A stretch of DNA of 64,000 nt. Source: a virus. The notes under the pieces are model-generated. The model was not told the DNA's origin. It saw nothing but the letters and a program-made list of their open reading frames with translations, and did no database searches. Each line of letters starts with the position of its first letter. The stretch's first letter is position 1. Shown in pieces: positions 58,182 to 64,000 of this stretch. A program made the translations under genes and the position numbers. The stretch lies in IMG/VR virus record IMGVR_UViG_3300030104_005063, positions 1 to 64,000 of that record. The stretch is one strand, 5' to 3'.

Positions 58182-59191
58182 TAAAAGTAAAATTAACAGA
58201 CTCAAGTAATATGAAATGTTTTAGTGGGTTGATTCACACTAAAGATTTATTAAGAGATTACAGCATAGATATAACCGACTCGGATGATTATGACTACGAG
58301 TTTGTTCATGCTGATGAGTTTGTTAATTTGTCTTTACCACTACAAGAAAGCATAGATAGAGGTATAGATAACTTAAGTAAAAAGTCTGGAGATTACTTTT
58401 TGTTTCACGGTGGAGATTCCACCTCTATAATGGGAGCATATGAAGTGTTCATAGAATCTGAAGCTAAATTTCTTTTTAAAAAACAACTTCTATCTCAAGA
58501 TGACTATAAGAATAAAACTACCATAAATAAATGGTTCTTCGGAAACGATTCAGATTTAGATAAAGGTTATGATATATCAGATGATGTTTATGATAGGATG
58601 AAACTTACTGGTTATAATGTTGCTCATAACTGGCCTCATTTACAACAGATGCAAGTTGGTAACATAAATAGAGATGTAGATGTTTGTGCTATATATCAAG
58701 GTATATTAGATAATGGTAATATGGATCACGAGTTGAGAACTGATGTGTTGTATACTAAACATAGAAAAACAGCTTGGGATATACTTGATAATTTGAATGA
58801 TAAATATAATGTGGTAAAAGGTCAATCAACTCCACAACAATTTGTTGAAGTGATGAAAAGGTCAAAAGTAGGATTATCTCCATTTGGTATGGGAGAGTTA
58901 TGTTACAGAGACTTAGAGTTAATTCAATGGGGTTGTTTGTTAGTCAAACCTGATATGAGTAAGGTTATAACAGAGCCAGACTTTTTTAAACCAATGGAAA
59001 CCTATGTGCCAGTAAAAGCAGATTGGTCAGATTTAAATGAAACGATAGAAAAAGTTCTTGCTAATTTTAAAGATTATCAGTATATTATAGACAACTCTAG
59101 AAAGAAAGTAGTGGAAATGTATAGTTATGAAAATGTTTGTATGTATTGGTATAAATTTTTTTCCAATTTAAGTGGGGTAGGTAATGCATAA
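58178..59191 (+). CDS. GT-B-like glycosyltransferase (paralog of 40426)
   Basis: SKVGLSPFGMGELCYRDLE...GCLLVKPDMS. Confidence 0.7.
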   Translation: MIKVKLTDSSNMKCFSGLIHTKDLLRDYSIDITDSDDYDYEFVHADEFVNLSLPLQESIDRGIDNLSKKSGDYFLFHGGDSTSIMGAYEVFIESEAKFLFKKQLLSQDDYKNKTTINKWFFGNDSDLDKGYDISDDVYDRMKLTGYNVAHNWPHLQQMQVGNINRDVDVCAIYQGILDNGNMDHELRTDVLYTKHRKTAWDILDNLNDKYNVVKGQSTPQQFVEVMKRSKVGLSPFGMGELCYRDLELIQWGCLLVKPDMSKVITEPDFFKPMETYVPVKADWSDLNETIEKVLANFKDYQYIIDNSRKKVVEMYSYENVCMYWYKFFSNLSGVGNA

Positions 59192-60092
59192 AATAACATC
59201 GGTGATTCCGACTTACAACAATTTACCATTTTTAAAATTAACTGTCACATCGGTTAGACAGAATTGTTATTATAACGATATGCCGATTGTTATATTTGCT
59301 GAAAATTGTACCGATGGTACAAACGATTGGCTACATAATCATGCTGACGAGCTTGGTATTGAATACTACATAGAAGATGGAAAGGATAGAGAAGACCAGC
59401 GAGGTATCGGTGGTGGTATTGATTATTGCGTTAGTAAGGTTAAAACAGAATTTGTCAATATATTACACTCAGACTTTTGGGTTGGTCCTAATCAAGATAT
59501 CGAGTTACTAAAGTTATATGATGACATAGAATTAAATGAAAGATTGATTGCTTCTTCATTCAGAGTTCAACCGAACATATTTCCTAATGATCCTCCTTAT
59601 AGACCTGGTACTATCTTTGTTGACTTTGATGAATTTGGTGCTCACGATACAGATTTTGATGGTGATTATTTTGACCAATGGTCTAATGAATTTACAAAAG
59701 ACAACGACATTTATGTCAGAAAAGGTGGTGGTGCTGGTTATTTCTGTAGAGTAGAAGACCATATTTACATAGGTGGTAATGATCCTAGATTTGAACCAAT
59801 GTATTGGGAAGATAAAGATTTATTTATGAGAATGCAAATGGAGGGGTATAAATTTATAATGACAAGTAAATCTCTTATCTGGCATTTTACATCAAGGACA
59901 TCAAGATTTCCTGATGGTACAAAGGTGTTGGATAATAATAAAAGACCAGCACATTTAGTTCATTGGGAACAAAGAGCAACACAAAGATTCATAGAAAAAT
60001 GGGGTAGGCTTCCAAATGAAGATAGTGAGTCGTTTGTTGTTCCGATTGAAGGAACAAATAACCCAAATAGAATAGAGTGGCCTTTCGTATGA
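59184..60092 (+). CDS. GT2 glycosyltransferase
   Basis: VIPTYNN, CTDGT, HSD, GGND..F....EDKD and WHF.S motifs. Confidence 0.85.
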   Translation: MHKITSVIPTYNNLPFLKLTVTSVRQNCYYNDMPIVIFAENCTDGTNDWLHNHADELGIEYYIEDGKDREDQRGIGGGIDYCVSKVKTEFVNILHSDFWVGPNQDIELLKLYDDIELNERLIASSFRVQPNIFPNDPPYRPGTIFVDFDEFGAHDTDFDGDYFDQWSNEFTKDNDIYVRKGGGAGYFCRVEDHIYIGGNDPRFEPMYWEDKDLFMRMQMEGYKFIMTSKSLIWHFTSRTSRFPDGTKVLDNNKRPAHLVHWEQRATQRFIEKWGRLPNEDSESFVVPIEGTNNPNRIEWPFV

Positions 60093-60967
60093 AATTAAAA
60101 CAAAAAATAGGTGTTGTAGGAAATGGTTTTGTAGGTGGAGCTGTCAAGTTTGGTTTTTCACCACAAGTTGGTTGTGATGCTGAAGTTAGGGTTTATGACA
60201 AAAACCCAAACAAATCAACACATACACTAGAAGAGACAGTTAATGAATCTGATTTCATATTTTTATCAGTACCAACACCGTCAAATGAAGATGGTTCTAT
60301 TAACATTGACACATTAAACGATGCTTTAAATGATATTAATGAAGTTCACAATGGTAAACATAATATAATATTAATTAGGTCAACTGTAATACCTGGAACT
60401 ACTTGGGCTTTACAAAAAAAGTATCCTGAGTTAAAAATATTATTTAATCCAGAATTCTTGACTGAAAGGTCTGCTAATTTTGATTTTATAAATCAATCTC
60501 GTTTCATAATAGGACATAATGGAAATCAATTAAGTATGATGCACTCTGAAAGCTTTTCTGATTTGATTAGAGATAGATTTGGTGATTGTGTTGCAATATT
60601 AGAAACTAATTATGAAACGGCTGAACTTATTAAATATATGAGTAATTGTTTTTTTGCCACTAAAGTATCTTTTATGAATGAGATGTATCAAATAGCAGAG
60701 AAAATAGACGCTGATTGGGACGCAGCAGTTGATGGTTTTGTGGGTGATGGTAGGATAGGACACTCACATTTAGGGGTGCCAGGACATGATGGTAAGTTTG
60801 GATTTGGTGGTAGTTGTTTCCCTAAAGATATACAGGCGATGATTGAATTTGCTGAAATGTTTGGAATTGAACCAAGTGTCTTAAAAGGTGTTTGGAAAAA
60901 GAATTTAGATGTGAGGCCGGAACAAGATTGGAAAAAACTAAAGGGGAGAGCTGTTGTAGATGAGTAA
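60089..60967 (+). CDS. UDP-glucose/GDP-mannose 6-dehydrogenase (short form)
   Basis: GNGFVG, VPTP, RSTV.PGT, NPEFL, AELIKY..N and FGGSCFPKD motifs. Confidence 0.9.
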   Translation: MKLKQKIGVVGNGFVGGAVKFGFSPQVGCDAEVRVYDKNPNKSTHTLEETVNESDFIFLSVPTPSNEDGSINIDTLNDALNDINEVHNGKHNIILIRSTVIPGTTWALQKKYPELKILFNPEFLTERSANFDFINQSRFIIGHNGNQLSMMHSESFSDLIRDRFGDCVAILETNYETAELIKYMSNCFFATKVSFMNEMYQIAEKIDADWDAAVDGFVGDGRIGHSHLGVPGHDGKFGFGGSCFPKDIQAMIEFAEMFGIEPSVLKGVWKKNLDVRPEQDWKKLKGRAVVDE

Positions 60968-61793
60968 AATATTATTAGTTGTAACAACTTATAATCAATC
61001 TGAATATACTAAGTTGTGTTTTGATTCTTTAAAAAAACTAGATGACAACTTTGATGTGTTAGTGGTTGACGATTATAGTACAGATAATACTGTTGAACTT
61101 TGTAATGAATATGGGTATGAGGTCATGACAAAAAGTGAGGGTAAAGGTTTAACTCACTCTTGGAATTTAGGGTATCAGAGATTTAAGAAACATTGGTTTT
61201 ATAATTCAAGTGGCATGGATGACCAATATGAGTATTTAATTATAGCTAATAATGATGTATTAATTCCAAATGGAGCTATGAATCAATTACTTGAATCATT
61301 TTATCAATGGCCTTATTCATTGATAGTTCCATTATCTACAACTTATGGTGCTGGTTCTAATGCTCAATTTCAATCAATTGAAAATTATTATCAAGGTATG
61401 GCGCCATCTTGTAATGATCCTAAATACTATCAAGAGATACAAGACAAAATACTTGATGTAAAAGAACAGACAAGAAAATCCAATAATCTATACATGCTGG
61501 ATACTTGTAGAATGAAGATGTTTAATGGTTTTTTCTTCATGATGAACAGGAATATAATTAATTATGAACACGATAATGATATTCTATTTAATCCTGATTT
61601 CAATATGACCAAGAATGAAGATGAATTTAATTGGAGTAAGTTAATACCTAACAATGATTTTCCAGCAGTTTGTAAAACATCTTTTATTTTTCACTATAAG
61701 GGTGTGTCCACATTTGAAGTTTTTGATAACTATGGTAAAATATCAAATGATGTTTCAGAATGGAAACGACAAAGGGAATTAAAAGGTGGATAA
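60960..61793 (+). CDS. GT2 glycosyltransferase
   Basis: TTYNQ, VVDDYSTD, WN.G, ANNDV, NEDE and FHYKG motifs. Confidence 0.85.
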   Translation: MSKILLVVTTYNQSEYTKLCFDSLKKLDDNFDVLVVDDYSTDNTVELCNEYGYEVMTKSEGKGLTHSWNLGYQRFKKHWFYNSSGMDDQYEYLIIANNDVLIPNGAMNQLLESFYQWPYSLIVPLSTTYGAGSNAQFQSIENYYQGMAPSCNDPKYYQEIQDKILDVKEQTRKSNNLYMLDTCRMKMFNGFFFMMNRNIINYEHDNDILFNPDFNMTKNEDEFNWSKLIPNNDFPAVCKTSFIFHYKGVSTFEVFDNYGKISNDVSEWKRQRELKGG

Positions 61794-62448
61794 AATAAAT
61801 TATATCACAGACACTTATCCTTTCAGAGAAATTGTAGAGTGTTGGTTTTGGGATGAATCCATATTACCGCTAAGTGGTATTTCAAATTTACATCTTGAGA
61901 AAACTTATGATTTATTTGAAAGAAAAAATGACCAGTCAACAATATGGCATAAATGTTTTTATAAAGAAATTAGAGAGGATGATTCGTTTAACGACATCTA
62001 TTTAAAATTTTTAGAAGATATAATTAAACCAAGATTTGGTGAAAAAATAGTATATCAAAAAATACCAACATTTAGAGTTCATTTGCCAGGTAATGTATCT
62101 GTTGGTGAGTTTCATAAAGACAGACATTATAGGGATGAAGAATGGGCTAATAAGGTTCAAGAATTGAATTACTTTGTGCCATTAACTAAAGCTTATGGGA
62201 CTAACACGATATGGGCAGAAACAGAGGAAGACTTGAGTGATTTTAAAGAGATAAGAGCAAATTACGGTGAGTGTGTAGAGTGGAATGCTAGTAAGTTGAC
62301 TCATGGTAATAAACAAAATATGACTAGAGTGACAAGAGTAAGTTTTGATTTCAGAGTGATACCAAAATCGAGATATGTAAATAGTGAGCATTTAACAATT
62401 AACACCAATGTGCCTTTTGAAATTGGTGGATATTATGGGGTTTTATAG
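61786..62448 (+). CDS. Fe(II)/2-oxoglutarate dioxygenase-like protein (StrG/PhyH-like)
   Basis: PTFRV, FHKD (HxD), N.FVPLT and HGN..N....TRVSFDFR motifs. Confidence 0.75.
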   Translation: MDKINYITDTYPFREIVECWFWDESILPLSGISNLHLEKTYDLFERKNDQSTIWHKCFYKEIREDDSFNDIYLKFLEDIIKPRFGEKIVYQKIPTFRVHLPGNVSVGEFHKDRHYRDEEWANKVQELNYFVPLTKAYGTNTIWAETEEDLSDFKEIRANYGECVEWNASKLTHGNKQNMTRVTRVSFDFRVIPKSRYVNSEHLTINTNVPFEIGGYYGVL

Positions 62449-63701
62449 TGAATGAAGTTATAAGTTTTATACAACCAAGTAGAAACAATTTAAAGTATCT
62501 GAAGTGGTCTTATGACAGCATCAGAAAGAACTTAGGATACCGACACGAAATATGTTGGGCTGATGATTTCTCTGATGATGGGACTTGGGAGTGGATGCAA
62601 GAGATTGCTGAAAAAGATAAGAATGTTAAAATACATCGTAATGAAGGTCCTACAAGATTAGGTCATACGATACTTTATGATACATTAATTAATGACTATG
62701 CTACAAACGACATCGTAATGATTTATCATGCTGATATGTATGCCTGTCCTAAAATGGATGAGGAAGTTCTAAAACATTTAGAACGAGGTAAGGTAGTCAG
62801 TGCAACTCGTATAGAACCACCACTACATCCTGATGGACCAGAAAAGATACTCAAAGACTTTGGTATAGAACCTGAAGAATTTGATGAGATGGGACTAATG
62901 AACTTTCTTAAATTTGCTAGGGAACAAAGAGAAGTAAATAAAAATAATGGAGAAGGAAAGACTACCAATGGTATATTTGCACCTTGGGCTATATACAAAG
63001 ATGACTTTACCAGTATTGGTGGACATGATCCGTTATATGCTCCACAATCTAAAGAAGACTCTGATATATTCAATCGATTCAAGTTAGCTGGGTATGAGTT
63101 TATTCAAACCTGGCAAGGATTCGTATATCATATGACTTGTAGAGGTAGTAGATTCAAAGATGGAGCTATGAGGAATCCAGCAGGTCAAGTCTTCATGAAA
63201 AATAGAGAATCATCAGAGTGGTTAGCTCAAAATCTTAGGTCAACTCGTAATTTCATTCGTAAGTGGGGACATATGGTAAAACATGATGAGTATTTGAAAC
63301 CGATAGTGCCACCAAAATACAAAGTGTATTTCAAAGCATATAACTGTAATCTTCAGTTGTTACATGAGTTAGAACCGTGGTGTGACTCCATATATTTAGA
63401 TTATGGCTCTGTTGGAAAGTATTCTCATGAGTATAGAAAAAAAGAACAACCAAATACTCAATTCAACTTAGACGAGAGAATATGGATGTATGGAAATAGC
63501 AAGATAACAGATAAAGATGGTGTCGTTGTAGAGTTTGATTGTAATAAATTAACACCAACTAACTTTCAAATAATAGTAAATTTGTCAGAAATAGTTCAAG
63601 AAAGCGGAGAGTTGGGTGAAATGGAACTCGACATATTTAAATTTTATATTAATTCGTTAGAGACTTACGAAAAAAACTTAATCGTTTGTAAGACTAACTA
63701 A
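62448..63701 (+). CDS. GT2 glycosyltransferase with C-terminal extension
   Basis: PSRNN, DDFSDDGT, HADM, GGHD..YAPQSKEDSD and YH motifs. Confidence 0.85.
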   Translation: MNEVISFIQPSRNNLKYLKWSYDSIRKNLGYRHEICWADDFSDDGTWEWMQEIAEKDKNVKIHRNEGPTRLGHTILYDTLINDYATNDIVMIYHADMYACPKMDEEVLKHLERGKVVSATRIEPPLHPDGPEKILKDFGIEPEEFDEMGLMNFLKFAREQREVNKNNGEGKTTNGIFAPWAIYKDDFTSIGGHDPLYAPQSKEDSDIFNRFKLAGYEFIQTWQGFVYHMTCRGSRFKDGAMRNPAGQVFMKNRESSEWLAQNLRSTRNFIRKWGHMVKHDEYLKPIVPPKYKVYFKAYNCNLQLLHELEPWCDSIYLDYGSVGKYSHEYRKKEQPNTQFNLDERIWMYGNSKITDKDGVVVEFDCNKLTPTNFQIIVNLSEIVQESGELGEMELDIFKFYINSLETYEKNLIVCKTN

Positions 63702-63710
63702 CTATTTATA
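63702..63710 (+). promoter_or_regulatory. CTATTTATA variant of the late-type motif
   Basis: Intergenic, about 20 nt upstream of the ATG, matching the recurrent TATTTAT core. Confidence 0.45.
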
Positions 63711-63729
63711 AGTGTAATAAGAGGTTATA

Positions 63730-63957
63730 ATGGAAAATAAATTAGGTTCTTACATCAATAATTTGATGACCACCATAGTAGATAAAGAAGAAAGATTTTT
63801 CGTCAGAAAGTTAGCTTTTAGTGAACTAACTAAATTAAAGACAGACATCACAGATTTTATATTTGAGTATATAGATGAGATGGAAGATGGTCCTTGGAAA
63901 GACGAAGATAAAAACCAAACTGAACTTAAATTTGGAGATAAAAATGAAAATAAGTAA
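63730..63957 (+). CDS. Hypothetical protein
   Basis: GAGG SD; clean 75-aa ORF. Confidence 0.65.
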   Translation: MENKLGSYINNLMTTIVDKEERFFVRKLAFSELTKLKTDITDFIFEYIDEMEDGPWKDEDKNQTELKFGDKNENK

Positions 63958-64000
63958 TGAAGTCGTTGTGGAGTTAAAAAAAGTTAGAGCTGCACTTGAC
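63944..64000 (+). CDS. Partial ORF (runs off window)
   Basis: GGAG SD, ATG at 63944, MKISNEVVVELKKVRAALD... Confidence 0.5.
   Translation, partial: MKISNEVVVELKKVRAALD

Noticed and set aside
21-63082. Minus-strand and short nested ORFs in the ORF track
   Set aside because: All lie antisense to or inside well-supported + strand genes and lack SD sites or recognisable motifs; they are shadow ORFs.
1-64000. Stop-codon reassignment, inteins, introns, tRNAs, integrase or IS elements
   Set aside because: Genes are full length under code 11 and end in TAA, TAG or TGA; PolB, NrdJ, helicase and RecA have normal sizes; intergenic gaps show no cloverleaf, and no recombinase or transposase motifs were seen.

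Overview
This window is an AT-rich, densely coding segment of a large lytic T4-like (myovirus-type) bacteriophage genome, with all credible genes on the + strand. It has three modules. (1) 1-13294 is a virion/tail module: modular internal-head-like protein, tail terminator, sheath, tube, chaperone pair with a probable frameshift, tape measure and baseplate proteins. (2) 13332-35780 covers replication, recombination and nucleotide metabolism: an atypical minimal family-A polymerase, HNH protein, thioredoxin, gp32-like SSB, RecA/UvsX, 5'-3' exonuclease, DnaB-like helicase, DNA methyltransferase, class II ribonucleotide reductase, a full-length TonB-dependent receptor, family-B polymerase, clamp and loader, ClpP and a PD-(D/E)XK nuclease. 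(3) About 36259-63701 is a ~27 kb glycan-biosynthesis island with about 14 glycosyltransferase-like genes plus GDP-deoxysugar, TPP-dependent branching, radical-SAM, methyltransferase, deacetylase and dioxygenase genes. Two promoter classes recur: sigma70-like CTTGAC-N17-TAnnTT and an ATATTTAT late-type motif. The most notable unexplained structures are an H-type pseudoknot with an alternative anti-SD pairing upstream of the TonB receptor, a hairpin whose loop is complementary to the recA SD, a PolA with a substituted steric-gate residue, a +1/-2 chaperone frameshift, a probable virion-glycosylation system with [S/T]GS motifs in the sheath, and a GATC/GACCC codon-pair avoidance pattern. All product calls come from motif recognition by eye; no database searches were run.
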